Source: a virus
Reading direction: 5' to 3' (one strand)
Virus record (IMG/VR): IMGVR_UViG_3300022213_000237
Coordinates: 105,568 to 169,567 of that record
DNA length: 64,000 nucleotides
Shown: positions 27,678 to 37,461 of the stretch, piece after piece
How positions within the stretch are numbered: position 1 is the first letter of the stretch
How the letters are laid out: the number at the start of each line of letters is the position of its first letter
Program-made: the position numbers and the translations under genes
The notes under the pieces: model-generated
The model's database searches: none
The model's input: only the letters and a program-made list of their open reading frames with translations
What the model was told of the DNA's origin: nothing

Positions 27678-30430
27678 TTCATCATCCCAGAATTTCTGTA
27701 GTAATCATAAGACGCTTCGGCTTCGGAACGCTCAAGAGTGGTATCGCGTGGGAACACAACCACCCCGCCTAGGGTCCCAAGCTGGGAGGCGATTGAAATT
27801 GAGTTACGAACGGCTTCCAGAACAGCCGGAAGCGAATCCACAACACCCGAACCACGAGCTTCCTTGAATTGAGAATCGAGGGCGTCGAAGATGACGGGTT
27901 CGTCCTCTTCTAACAAACCCTTCATTTCTTCCATTCGATTGAAAATTTCTTCGTCCGTATATCCGCAGTTCCGGAGCAAGCGCTCGACAGGCTCGACAAG
28001 CGACTTGCACAAAACCTCTTTAACTACCTGAGACTCAAAGGTCTCTAGTGTTAGAGAGTAATTGGTTACAAGCATCTCGATTGTCTTAAGCAGGGTCCAG
28101 CCGCCGCCAGGCAGAGCCCCGTGTTTGACTGCACCTCTCCAAGCACATGCCGCATCTTCGGCTCGATCTCGTTTCTCTCTCAATTCTCCAGAAGTAGGGG
28201 CGGAGATAATAAGCTTGGCGATGCCGCCAGAGATTTTACCACGACGCTCGTTGAGGATATTCTGCTCTACTTGTGACTCAGCCTGCGGAATTTGGGCCTC
28301 AATCTCTTCAACGCGGGCCAACACCAAACCTTCATCGGCGTGGCCGACGACGCTGGTGCGGTAGCGGGTGGATTCGAAGAACTCTAACTCCGGACCAATA
28401 TCTTCCAGTGTTCCTTCGACGGCAGGGCGTGTCACCGGATCAAAGACAACGCTACCAGTAACCGCAGATAGGTCGTGGAGCAGGTCCAATTGACCAGACT
28501 GCATGGCGTTTCGCGGCAAAGTTAAAGGGAATACATTAATGGTACGATAATCTGACCAATTTCCGGCCATATCTTCGATGGCTTGTTGTGAAAATGCGGT
28601 TGCCACCACCACCACGTTGCGAGTGGCTTTGTTTACTTCGGGTCCGCCCCAGCGTTCACCGATTTTAGTCAAAATAGGTACGACCGTAGCCCAATCGTTG
28701 ATTGATCCGTTATACAGCACGAACACCGGTTTTTCTAGGTATACGCGGTTATGTGCGGCATCGTTCATGAAAATACTAAAATACTTACCCACACAGTCTT
28801 CAAAGCCTGTTGAGATAGGATAGCCTTTAAGGGCCTCGACCTTGTATCCTGAAGGTCCTGATTGTTCAGTAAGAGTGACGTTGCCTTCGTCGCCCGTGAG
28901 TTCGAAACATTGAGCCACAGCTTCCGTCAATTCAACATCGCCGTTCGTCGAACACATGGCCACAGACTTAAGGAGATCTCCGTCCGGCTTAATAGCCAAC
29001 GATTTAACAAAAGGCTCTATCTCGGTGCGGAACACTTTTTCCATGGCACGAACAACGCGTTGTGGAGAGATTTTTGGATTATCTTTGCAAAAGTTATACG
29101 TACGTCGCACAAAGGCTTCGGCCAAGACTGTGGCCGTAGTGGTATTATGTGTCAATACACAGCCATCAGTAATATAAAGAGAGTCCTCGTTACTTACCTT
29201 AATACACTGCATTTCTTCAAAACGGTCGGTGACCTCTACATCTATGATTTTGTCCCCGTACTTATCCCCTCTTAATTCGTGGAAGCGGTGAATTGGGGTG
29301 TCAGAAAACGAATCTGGGTCCTGGTCTCGGGTATGTATACGATAATACAGTGAGATACCCAAGCTTTCGCATAAGTTAAAGAAATCTACAGCAAGTTTAT
29401 CGCCCACAGTGCTAAATTCAAACAATCCTCGCGGATTCACGTATCCGTCGGTGTCAATAAGTCCTTGGAGTAGTTCTTTTCTTGAAGTCACTGATCCAAG
29501 TAAGTATTCGGAGGGAATGGATTTTGAATAACTATCTTGGTTTCTGATACCAACGGTCTCGATCAAGTCTCTGATGGTTTTTTTCTCGGAAGTAACCCCT
29601 TGAATTTTGACCCGGAAAGAGTTTCTTTCATCTACCCAAGTAGTTTTAAGAAAAAGACCTTGAGGTAGCTTGGATTCTACCTTTTTAATGACATGTTCTT
29701 TAGACTTACCCAGTGACAGTTCCACAGAGCCGGTATCAGACAAACTACCGTCCCCCAACAAGACTCCAACCAAATATGGGTCTAGTGGGGTAGCGTTGTC
29801 ACGGAACATCACAGGCCCGGCTTTGGGTACATAATACTTGTATTTATTGTACCCCTCCCCAGTTTGGGTCTTAAAATCTTTAGCGATTTCACGAGTAGTT
29901 AGTGTTTTATGTGACCCCCTGTTGGTGACCACTGACCAGAGATGATCTTCACAACATTCAACAACCTTGTTACCAGAGAAGCTCACTTTCACAAGGCGTT
30001 TCTTACCTTTTGGATATACCCCCAAAACCTTTTGTGTGGTTCCGTTAGAACCACAAATAGTCATTCCTACCTTGATATCCTCCATACGTACGTACCCGTC
30101 CGGAGTCAGGACCTTACTGTATAAAGGTTGAGGTCCATCGCCTGCTTCCGTGGCCGTACGTACGGATGCGTCTCGAGCCAGGGTCATAATAGAATGACGC
30201 ACAGGATTGTCGTAACCCAAAGCCCGAAAGACAGTAACCCCGTCTTTAGTCACCAAGTCAGGGACACCAAACTCTTGGCGCTCTATGGCCACGACCTTAC
30301 CACCAGGACCTAGAGTCGAGCCCACGATTTGAGAAATCTGTTTCATGGTATCGAGTACGAGTCCGTCGAGACTCTCTCCTTCGGTTACCATTATTTTTGC
30401 CACTGACTTTACTTTACGATGTGACGTCAT
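27674..30430 (-). CDS. groEL: GroEL-like chaperonin, intein-containing
   Basis: STLGPGG, TKDGVTV, AGDG[intein]TTTATVLA, ERRGKISGGIA, EKRDRAEDA, LPGGG, GVVD; GGAG RBS before ATG 30430. Confidence 0.93.
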   Translation of the reverse strand: MTSHRKVKSVAKIMVTEGESLDGLVLDTMKQISQIVGSTLGPGGKVVAIERQEFGVPDLVTKDGVTVFRALGYDNPVRHSIMTLARDASVRTATEAGDGPQPLYSKVLTPDGYVRMEDIKVGMTICGSNGTTQKVLGVYPKGKKRLVKVSFSGNKVVECCEDHLWSVVTNRGSHKTLTTREIAKDFKTQTGEGYNKYKYYVPKAGPVMFRDNATPLDPYLVGVLLGDGSLSDTGSVELSLGKSKEHVIKKVESKLPQGLFLKTTWVDERNSFRVKIQGVTSEKKTIRDLIETVGIRNQDSYSKSIPSEYLLGSVTSRKELLQGLIDTDGYVNPRGLFEFSTVGDKLAVDFFNLCESLGISLYYRIHTRDQDPDSFSDTPIHRFHELRGDKYGDKIIDVEVTDRFEEMQCIKVSNEDSLYITDGCVLTHNTTTATVLAEAFVRRTYNFCKDNPKISPQRVVRAMEKVFRTEIEPFVKSLAIKPDGDLLKSVAMCSTNGDVELTEAVAQCFELTGDEGNVTLTEQSGPSGYKVEALKGYPISTGFEDCVGKYFSIFMNDAAHNRVYLEKPVFVLYNGSINDWATVVPILTKIGERWGGPEVNKATRNVVVVATAFSQQAIEDMAGNWSDYRTINVFPLTLPRNAMQSGQLDLLHDLSAVTGSVVFDPVTRPAVEGTLEDIGPELEFFESTRYRTSVVGHADEGLVLARVEEIEAQIPQAESQVEQNILNERRGKISGGIAKLIISAPTSGELREKRDRAEDAACAWRGAVKHGALPGGGWTLLKTIEMLVTNYSLTLETFESQVVKEVLCKSLVEPVERLLRNCGYTDEEIFNRMEEMKGLLEEDEPVIFDALDSQFKEARGSGVVDSLPAVLEAVRNSISIASQLGTLGGVVVFPRDTTLERSEAEASYDYYRNSGMMK
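29144..30133 (-). mobile_element. class 3 intein (330 aa, Pro1) with LAGLIDADG endonuclease in GroEL
   Basis: Starts PQPLYSKVLTP (no Cys/Ser1); WCT triad: DHLW (block B), MQCIKV (block F), YITDG..THN (block G); VGVLLGDG and LQGLIDTDG; Thr+1. Confidence 0.9.
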
Positions 30431-30568
30431 TCTATATCTCTCCGGAGAGGTGCAATACTTCGTAATGCATATATACTGAATTGATCTTCGGCTATGAGAG
30501 CCACGAACAAGCTTTATCAACTCCAGGGGTTGCTAATGGTTTGGAGTCGAACGGTAAACGAGAGTGTG

Positions 30569-30780
30569 ACTTTGTTTAAGAGAAATCCGTATACAAATAC
30601 TAACAACTTTTCTTAAACAAAGTTTTCTAAACTTCTTTGTCAAGTCTTTTGGAAAAACTTTTTTGAAAAAGTAATCAAACTAATTTATTCAAAAAAGTTT
30701 AATAAAAAGGGTGAGTTAAACAATTTTAAGGATTCTCAACAAAAGAACATTCACCCCTTGACAGCACTTTGAGTTATCAT
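30569..30780. other. AT-rich divergence region with inverted repeats; candidate replication origin/control region
   Basis: 13-bp perfect inverted repeat ACTTTGTTTAAGA (30569-30581) / TCTTAAACAAAGT (30611-30623), A/T tracts, TTGACA on both strands (30638-30643 minus, 30758-30763 plus); coding strand switches here. Confidence 0.45.
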
Positions 30781-30847
30781 CCTTGTAACAAGATCCATAC
30801 GCTACAGCAATACCACGTTCCCCTTTTGATTAAGAGGTTTCTCTTCC

Positions 30848-31981
30848 TTGCGCTATCAAGCAAACCACAATTTGAGACAACAAAGATTGTTCAAGTACTT
30901 TGTTGAAGAGTCTCTTGGTAACATTTTTTCGTGTAGTGACAAAAACATCACCCGTTCCCTTGGATACAGAGATGCAGGGTACAAATCTAATACGAGGTTA
31001 AGGGCAGACATCAAAGCCCTTGTAACTTCTGGTCGTATCGAAACTAAAACCGAACTTCACTCTTATTACGACAAAGACAACGTCGAAAGGATTAGGTCCA
31101 CTAGACATGTGTTTGTTACCTCCGACCTTTCTACGGATAAAGGTGCATTACTGTTAGCAAGTTACGTACTCACCCTCAACTCAAGAGTGACGGTCCATGA
31201 CTATACGGTTTGTAGCGCTTTGCAATGTAACACAAAACAGTTAATTGCTTGGCGAAAACAAGCGGTTGCGGAAGGTTTGATTTCTATTTTTTATGCCGGA
31301 TCTTCGGGCAAAGCTTATCGCTATCAAGTAGTTGGAGATTTCGTTCCCGTAAACCTTCCGGGTCGAGTGCAAATAAACGAGAGCGAACAATCCCCTTTAA
31401 CTAGGAAACAGACTTGGAAGTCACAAGCTTCTGGCTTTGGATACTCGCCCGAAGACCTTATTCTCGTATCCCTTCAAAAACGAGACGGGGTAGCAGTAAC
31501 TAATCAACGTGATTTTGCTAAACACGCTGGCGTTAGCTTGCCCACACTCAACAAATGGCTTAAGGTCTTGGAGAAAGAGGGTAAAATTTCTGTCACATTA
31601 CTCCCTAAGAGAAAGCGTGAATACAGGCTGTTGGTCGAATACAACAAGCCGTGGCCAACACAGGACGAATACGCTCAATCCAAAGGATTTGAGGATGCCG
31701 CAGCCATGACAAAATATGAAGTAGATAAGGAAATAGCAAAAATGAGAGAAGAAGACGAGAAAGCTAGATTTTCAGAACGAGCATACAAGCACTTAGAAGC
31801 GGTTAGGGCCGCAGCTATTTCTCGTCCGAAAGAGGAGATGCTTGAAGCCGCCAAAAACAAGTATTACTCCCTTCCTGAAAACAAATACAAACCCTCCACC
31901 GTTTTTTGGCAATTGTTTGCTTGGGATGATCGCTTCAAGTTTGCCGAAGAATACCTTAACTCTTTTAAGGATGAAGACTAG
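30848..31981 (+). CDS. multi-winged-helix DNA-binding protein (possible replication initiator)
   Basis: Three wHTH-like repeats, clearest TNQRDFAKHAGVSLPTLNKWLKVLEKEGKISV; TTG start. Confidence 0.6.
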   Translation: MRYQANHNLRQQRLFKYFVEESLGNIFSCSDKNITRSLGYRDAGYKSNTRLRADIKALVTSGRIETKTELHSYYDKDNVERIRSTRHVFVTSDLSTDKGALLLASYVLTLNSRVTVHDYTVCSALQCNTKQLIAWRKQAVAEGLISIFYAGSSGKAYRYQVVGDFVPVNLPGRVQINESEQSPLTRKQTWKSQASGFGYSPEDLILVSLQKRDGVAVTNQRDFAKHAGVSLPTLNKWLKVLEKEGKISVTLLPKRKREYRLLVEYNKPWPTQDEYAQSKGFEDAAAMTKYEVDKEIAKMREEDEKARFSERAYKHLEAVRAAAISRPKEEMLEAAKNKYYSLPENKYKPSTVFWQLFAWDDRFKFAEEYLNSFKDED

Positions 31982-32014
31982 ATCTACTCGATAAATATCC
32001 TCTTAAGGAGGAGT

Positions 32015-32590
32015 ATGCTCGTAGGATTTATTGGTGGACCTTGTTCCGGTAAAACAACGTCTGCGGCGCGATTATTTGCGGAATTTAAAGACTCTGGTCA
32101 GTCTACCGAATACATTGCAGAAAGAGCGCGTTGGCATATTGCCAAAAAGAAGTACGAGCTTCTCCGAAGAGGCTTGGAGTCTAAGTTCGTCCTCGACGAT
32201 TTGGACCAGCTGTCTATTTTGTCTGATCAAGAACACGCAGAAGATGTAATGAATCAAGACAATATTATTGTCATCACAGATAGTTGCGTCCTTAATACTT
32301 TCTTGTACTTGGGAGATAACGTACTTAACAGTCCATCAATTCAACAATTTGGACGTCAGGTAGCCAAACGCTACGACGTTCTCTTTGTCTGCGCTCCAGT
32401 AGCCCGTCCATTCGGAATAGATCCCAATAGAGTGCACGACGAAGAAGCTTCAAGAATAATTCATGAAAAAGTTGCTTCTCTTTTCCCTCTTCTTGAGGGC
32501 GTAGAAGTCCATAATCTGTCGGGTACTACCCAAGCTAGAGTAAACATCGCCTTTGGGGTAGTGATGAATAAGTTCGCGGGACTACGATGA
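32015..32590 (+). CDS. NadR/AAA_28-like P-loop nucleotide kinase
   Basis: GGPCSGKTT, E.AR, VITDS, YDVLF, DPNRVH; AGGAGG RBS. Confidence 0.8.
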   Translation: MLVGFIGGPCSGKTTSAARLFAEFKDSGQSTEYIAERARWHIAKKKYELLRRGLESKFVLDDLDQLSILSDQEHAEDVMNQDNIIVITDSCVLNTFLYLGDNVLNSPSIQQFGRQVAKRYDVLFVCAPVARPFGIDPNRVHDEEASRIIHEKVASLFPLLEGVEVHNLSGTTQARVNIAFGVVMNKFAGLR

Positions 32591-34083
32591 ATCTAGTTCT
32601 TGAAGATCCAGTCAAATTGAGGGTTGAAATTGACGCCGAACACGAAACGAGTTTGCGTCAAGCCCTCACATATACGAACAAGGCTAAAGTATATGAACTG
32701 GCACGCCTCAAGAAGAATCCTTGGTTTGTAAACCAGCATGGTGAAGAAGCCTATGCGGAAAAATTAGCAGAACTCAAGGCCGAGACGAAGGTTTGCCTTC
32801 TGAAAGAGGATTCCAAGGGCTTGTGGACGTACAGCGGGCTCCTTGACCGCCTCATGAAGAACGGTTTTCTTAAGTACCAGAGCCGTGTCAAATATCCAGA
32901 GGCTGTGGGTATGCCCTGGGATAAGGTCCCAAAATTCAACGACAGATACTATCAGAAACAGATGCACGACAACCTCATTTCCGTAAGACATGGGGCCGTT
33001 GAGGTTGGCACCGGACTGGGTAAAAGTCAGGTAATTCGCAACCTTACAAGAACTTTAGGTCTCAAGACCTTGGTCGTGGCTCCATCTAAGTCGATTGCCA
33101 AAATGCTTTACTCCGACTTTGCTGAACACTTCGGTCGCAAGAAGGTAGGCCTCTATGGTGACGGGAAGAAAGATGCGAAGAAGCAAATAGTGGTGGGCCT
33201 CTTCCAGAGTTTGTGTCGAGTGGAAGAGAATTCTCCCGATTGGAAGGAATTGAAGAAGACGGAGGCTCTCATCGTGGACGAAAGTCACCTCACTCCTGCT
33301 AGTACTCTCAAACAAGTTTGCGAAGGACTGGCTGCCAATACCCCCTATCGTTTCTTTTTCTCTGGCACCCAAATGAGGAATGACGGTGCCGATCTCCTTC
33401 TTGAGGGAATCATCGGACCCGTAGTCTACAGCATGGATGTTAAGAGAGGAGTAGATGAAGGTTTTTTGAGTAAGCCCAATTTCTTCGTCGTAGACATGGT
33501 CTCGCCTTACAGTTACCTGTCTAATAATCCAGACGCAATGTTGGATCGACATTTTTACAGCAATGCGGCAATGTATAAGCGTGCCGCCGATATAGCCAAT
33601 AAGTCGGTGGCTCTACTCGGTCATCAAGTTCTTATCTTGATAGATGAAGTCACTCAATTTCAGCACATTTGGCCACATTTACGCCATCAAGTAGGATTTG
33701 CTCACGGCGGATTAACAAAGACTAACAGAACGACCGTACCCGAACAGTTTTGGAAAGATGATCCAGACGAGTTGGTAGCGCGATTGAATGCTGGAGATTT
33801 ACCTATCCTGGTAGGCACCAGCTGTATTTCTATCGGAACCGACATACGCACCCCCAAGACCTTAATTAATTTACAAGGTGGCACCAGCGAAGTTAAGATC
33901 CGTCAAGCTATTGGTCGCGGCACGCGCCGAGAGAATGGCGTCAAAGAAGAATTCAATTACTTTGATTTTCGGATGAGAGTCAAAAGCCCTGCTGACCCCG
34001 ACTTTGAAGCCATTACAGAACGGCACGCCAGAATTAGAGAAAGCATTTACCACGACGTTTACCCCTCGGTTAAAGTCATATGA
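32587..34083 (+). CDS. superfamily 2 helicase (UvsW-like)
   Basis: Q motif RYYQ, GTGLGKS, DESH, SGT, GTDI, RQAIGRGTR. Confidence 0.9.
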   Translation: MNLVLEDPVKLRVEIDAEHETSLRQALTYTNKAKVYELARLKKNPWFVNQHGEEAYAEKLAELKAETKVCLLKEDSKGLWTYSGLLDRLMKNGFLKYQSRVKYPEAVGMPWDKVPKFNDRYYQKQMHDNLISVRHGAVEVGTGLGKSQVIRNLTRTLGLKTLVVAPSKSIAKMLYSDFAEHFGRKKVGLYGDGKKDAKKQIVVGLFQSLCRVEENSPDWKELKKTEALIVDESHLTPASTLKQVCEGLAANTPYRFFFSGTQMRNDGADLLLEGIIGPVVYSMDVKRGVDEGFLSKPNFFVVDMVSPYSYLSNNPDAMLDRHFYSNAAMYKRAADIANKSVALLGHQVLILIDEVTQFQHIWPHLRHQVGFAHGGLTKTNRTTVPEQFWKDDPDELVARLNAGDLPILVGTSCISIGTDIRTPKTLINLQGGTSEVKIRQAIGRGTRRENGVKEEFNYFDFRMRVKSPADPDFEAITERHARIRESIYHDVYPSVKVI

Positions 34084-35135
34084 CTAGAAAGACTTTTGAT
34101 TCAAATCACTTTAAACAATTTGCGACCGTTTTGGAGGCCGTCATTTCCGGTTGGGATACTGACGAAGACCATTACACCCGCCAAAAGAGGCAGGTAGAGA
34201 CTCTTTGTAAGCTGGAGCGTGAATTCCGCAATACGTTGATTCGTGATTGGCGCGGCCCCACCGTATACAAAGCTTTCGTTAAATATGTTAGAGATGAACG
34301 CAGAAATATTTTGTCAGCACGTCCTTTCTTTCGAGAACGGCAAGATGTTTTTAAGAGCAAAATCGCTCCCGCGCTCAGAGACCGGGCCGATAAGGCACTA
34401 TACAAGTTCGATATCAACTATAGCTTCATTAGCTGGGTTCTAAGGACCAGACACTTTGCACCCCGAAGTAGAGTCATGAGACTTGCCAAGGCTGTGGGGA
34501 TGGCGAGAAAGGAATTGATTGAGATGAATATGCCTCTCGCCATTAGCCGTGCCAGAGTTTTTGCTCGTCACCGACAACAGCACCTTGAATATATGGATTT
34601 GGTCCAAACCGCCGCCGAAGGCCTTATTGCCGCTATAGATAAGTTTGTACTGCCGTATCAAAAAAGCTTTGGTGCCGTAATGTTTGGGAGAATTACAGGC
34701 GATCTCGTTGAAGCTAACAGCGAAACCCTTGTCCACTTTTTCCCTTCCGATAAGAGGAAAATTTATACCGCCAACAAACTTGTACAAAAGGGGAAAACTT
34801 TTGAAGAAATTTCAGAACATATCAACACTGAATCGAAGCGTGACTCTGATGGCGTTATTGATGCTTCTAAACCTAACATTACGACGCCTGACGAGGTACA
34901 GCAACTCCACATCGCGGCATATACGATTTCAGGAGACTCCCCCGGCTTTGAGTCAACAGATAACGACTCCTCAGGGATTGACGATTCTCCGATCCACCGA
35001 TTTGAAGCAGACGAAAGCTGGAGACCGGATGTACGATTCGAGAATGCTCAATTAACATCGGCGCTAGCTAATGAACTAAAGACTTTGTCATTATTCGAGC
35101 GAAAGCTCTTAACCCTTAAAGGAATCCATGTCTAA
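34080..35135 (+). CDS. sigma70-family RNA polymerase sigma factor lacking region 4.2
   Basis: LIEMNMPLAISRA, YMDLVQTAAEGLIAAIDKF, SFGAVMFGRI (region 2); ends LSLFERKLLTLKG with no HTH. Confidence 0.82.
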   Translation: MTRKTFDSNHFKQFATVLEAVISGWDTDEDHYTRQKRQVETLCKLEREFRNTLIRDWRGPTVYKAFVKYVRDERRNILSARPFFRERQDVFKSKIAPALRDRADKALYKFDINYSFISWVLRTRHFAPRSRVMRLAKAVGMARKELIEMNMPLAISRARVFARHRQQHLEYMDLVQTAAEGLIAAIDKFVLPYQKSFGAVMFGRITGDLVEANSETLVHFFPSDKRKIYTANKLVQKGKTFEEISEHINTESKRDSDGVIDASKPNITTPDEVQQLHIAAYTISGDSPGFESTDNDSSGIDDSPIHRFEADESWRPDVRFENAQLTSALANELKTLSLFERKLLTLKGIHV

Positions 35136-35430
35136 AAAATTGGTAGGTTTCAATAAAAATATCGGTGTAGAGCCGCCCCATTCTTACACCGCAGAGAAGA
35201 AAATTGTAGGTGGTGTTGCGTCGCCGGTCCATCGAGTTGCAATGGCACCCCTTAAGGTTGTTATTGGCAATGGCACCAATATCGAACCAGGAATGACGGT
35301 TTATGTCCCAGCAATATTTCTGCAACATAAGTGGGCGACTGACGTGTATGAAATCGATGGTTTACGGTTCTGTCTGTTGACGGAACAAAACGTGGTCGCG
35401 GTTTCTTCAGAGGAAGACGATGCCGACTAA
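35128..35430 (+). CDS. groES: GroES-like co-chaperonin
   Basis: 100 aa; mobile-loop-like EKKIVGGVASP, VVIGNG..IEPGMTVYV, YEIDGLRFCLLTEQNVVAV align with cpn10 consensus. Confidence 0.7.
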   Translation: MSKKLVGFNKNIGVEPPHSYTAEKKIVGGVASPVHRVAMAPLKVVIGNGTNIEPGMTVYVPAIFLQHKWATDVYEIDGLRFCLLTEQNVVAVSSEEDDAD

Positions 35431-36424
35431 AGTGTTGTATGTCGGAGATCCCCATGCGCGGCCCGACTGCTTGGAAGAGATGCGGAAACTCATCGACTTC
35501 ATCGCTATAACGGCGGTGCAAGAGAATGTGAGCCATATCGTTTTCCTAGGTGATCTCTTCCATACTCACAGTGTGATTCACCTCAGCGTTCTCGCCTTCT
35601 GGCGTGAAGCTTTTGCTCAGTTATGTAAATTACCTTTAGAGGTAGTGGTTCTTGTAGGAAACCACGACATGTCGGGTCGCAATGGCGACAAAAACAATGC
35701 GTTGATGTTGTATGAGCGAAATAACTGGAGAAATAGCTTGTGTATCGTTGATCGCCCTAAGTTCGGGATCATTGACGAAGATGTGATGATGTTGCCTTAT
35801 TACAAAGACAACGCTGAATTCGTTGAGGTCTGTAATGAGAATCCTACGGCAGTTGTGGTCTGTCACCAGACTTTTGATGGTTCAAAATACGAGAATGGGT
35901 TCCCTGCCAAGGACGGTGTGGAACTCAACCTGATACCTCAAAAAGTAGTAATCTCTGGTCATATCCATACACCCCAACAAATTGGGAAAGTGTGGTATCC
36001 CGGAAGCCCTCGTTGGCAGACAATTTCTGACGCAAACATAGACAGAGCCATATGGGTCGTTGAGCATGACAAAGGCGCGATCAAAATTCTAAAAGGTTAC
36101 TCTACCCATAAGGTTTGTAAACCCATAGAATTGCTAGTAGATAGGCCAGAAGAACCGGCCAAGTTGCCCGATTATGAGGCGGAAGTCATAGTGGACGTAT
36201 TTGGAGAACCGGCGCATGTGAAACAACGCGCAGAAGAACTCGAAAAGTTGGGATATCGTGTACGACAATTTCCTACCTTGACTAAGCCAGTCAGAATCAA
36301 AGAGTCCGACGGACTTCCGGAATCATTCAAAAAATTCATTGGCTCTTACAGCGCAAAGAACGGAACTCCAGCAGAGAGATTGATGGAAATGGCATCAAAG
36401 AGAATCTCCTGGTTAGGAGCTTAA
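35420..36424 (+). CDS. sbcD: SbcD/Mre11/gp47-like nuclease
   Basis: GDPH, LGDLFH, VGNHD, CHQT, SGHIH, YPGSP. Confidence 0.9.
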   Translation: MPTKVLYVGDPHARPDCLEEMRKLIDFIAITAVQENVSHIVFLGDLFHTHSVIHLSVLAFWREAFAQLCKLPLEVVVLVGNHDMSGRNGDKNNALMLYERNNWRNSLCIVDRPKFGIIDEDVMMLPYYKDNAEFVEVCNENPTAVVVCHQTFDGSKYENGFPAKDGVELNLIPQKVVISGHIHTPQQIGKVWYPGSPRWQTISDANIDRAIWVVEHDKGAIKILKGYSTHKVCKPIELLVDRPEEPAKLPDYEAEVIVDVFGEPAHVKQRAEELEKLGYRVRQFPTLTKPVRIKESDGLPESFKKFIGSYSAKNGTPAERLMEMASKRISWLGA

Positions 36425-36856
36425 GTGACAACGCCAACGCAAGAAGAATTGGTTCGTTTGAGAGAAATAACCCGCATGACGGGATATTTGACTAACGTTC
36501 AGATTCGTCAGCTCCAAATGTGGCCGCGTATTGTGTTGGCGGCTCACGACGCATCTGTAGAGTTTGATCCAGACACCCATGAAGTCGAAGTCGACCTTCT
36601 GGGTATTGATTACAATGCGATTTGGACGCCACAAGAGCAAATGCAGTTGTTGCCGGAGATGTTGGTTAAAGAATACCAGACACGACTTCAATACTTCGAC
36701 AAATGTGTAAAGTATTTGTTAGGTAATGAATACGGCGTGACCGTAAAGTTTAAGGGTAAAGTGTTGGGACGTTCACCTCCTACGGCTCCAGTAAGTGGCG
36801 CGCATCTACCCGATTTTGAGAGGGCCGAAGAATGGCTGAAGAAGACAAAGAAATAA
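36425..36856 (+). CDS. hypothetical protein
   Basis: GTG start with AGGAG RBS; 143 aa. Confidence 0.6.
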   Translation: MTTPTQEELVRLREITRMTGYLTNVQIRQLQMWPRIVLAAHDASVEFDPDTHEVEVDLLGIDYNAIWTPQEQMQLLPEMLVKEYQTRLQYFDKCVKYLLGNEYGVTVKFKGKVLGRSPPTAPVSGAHLPDFERAEEWLKKTKK

Positions 36857-37461
36857 TTAAGCGCCCAGAAGACAATCTGACGAAAATAGAGCAGGAAGAG
36901 CTTACTAAGTATCGACGCAGTGATGGCTACGCGCCTTTAGCTGCGTCTACAGCCGTGCGGCTATATCAGTTGTTCTTGTTGGGCCACTCGTGTGAGGAGA
37001 TTGTACGTACAAATGATAACCGTTTTCCGTTGGGTATGGTGGTCGATGCTCGCATTCGTCATGACTGGGATCGTCGTCGCACTGAGTATATCGATAGGCT
37101 GTATGAAGAGGCTGGAAGTATGGTGCGACAACGTCAAGTGGAAAGCGCTATGTTTCTTGGGGATATGCTTGCTGCGGCGCATGCAGAGTATGGCCCCAAA
37201 TTCCAAAAGTTCATTCAATCAAGAGACCCGAAAGACCTGCCCCCAGAATTTAAAATAGATACTCCCACAAAATACAAGATGGTTATCGACGGCCTCATGA
37301 AGATAACTGGTCAAGACAAGAAAGATGCAGCCGGCGCAGCCGTCCAGGTTATCGGCAACAATGTTATGTTGCAGGAAAGCGGATCTAAAACCGTTACTTC
37401 TCAAGAAGGGTTTGACATTCTTAAGCAGCTAGAACGTCTTGATAGTGAAAAGGTGAAGTAA
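36832..37461 (+). CDS. putative terminase small subunit
   Basis: Helical with N-terminal HTH-like region; stop overlaps terL start (positional inference). Confidence 0.45.
   Translation: MAEEDKEIIKRPEDNLTKIEQEELTKYRRSDGYAPLAASTAVRLYQLFLLGHSCEEIVRTNDNRFPLGMVVDARIRHDWDRRRTEYIDRLYEEAGSMVRQRQVESAMFLGDMLAAAHAEYGPKFQKFIQSRDPKDLPPEFKIDTPTKYKMVIDGLMKITGQDKKDAAGAAVQVIGNNVMLQESGSKTVTSQEGFDILKQLERLDSEKVK

Noticed and set aside
30431-30520. N-terminal extension of GroEL in the ORF track
   Set aside because: ATG 30430 has a GGAG RBS and matches where chaperonin similarity begins.
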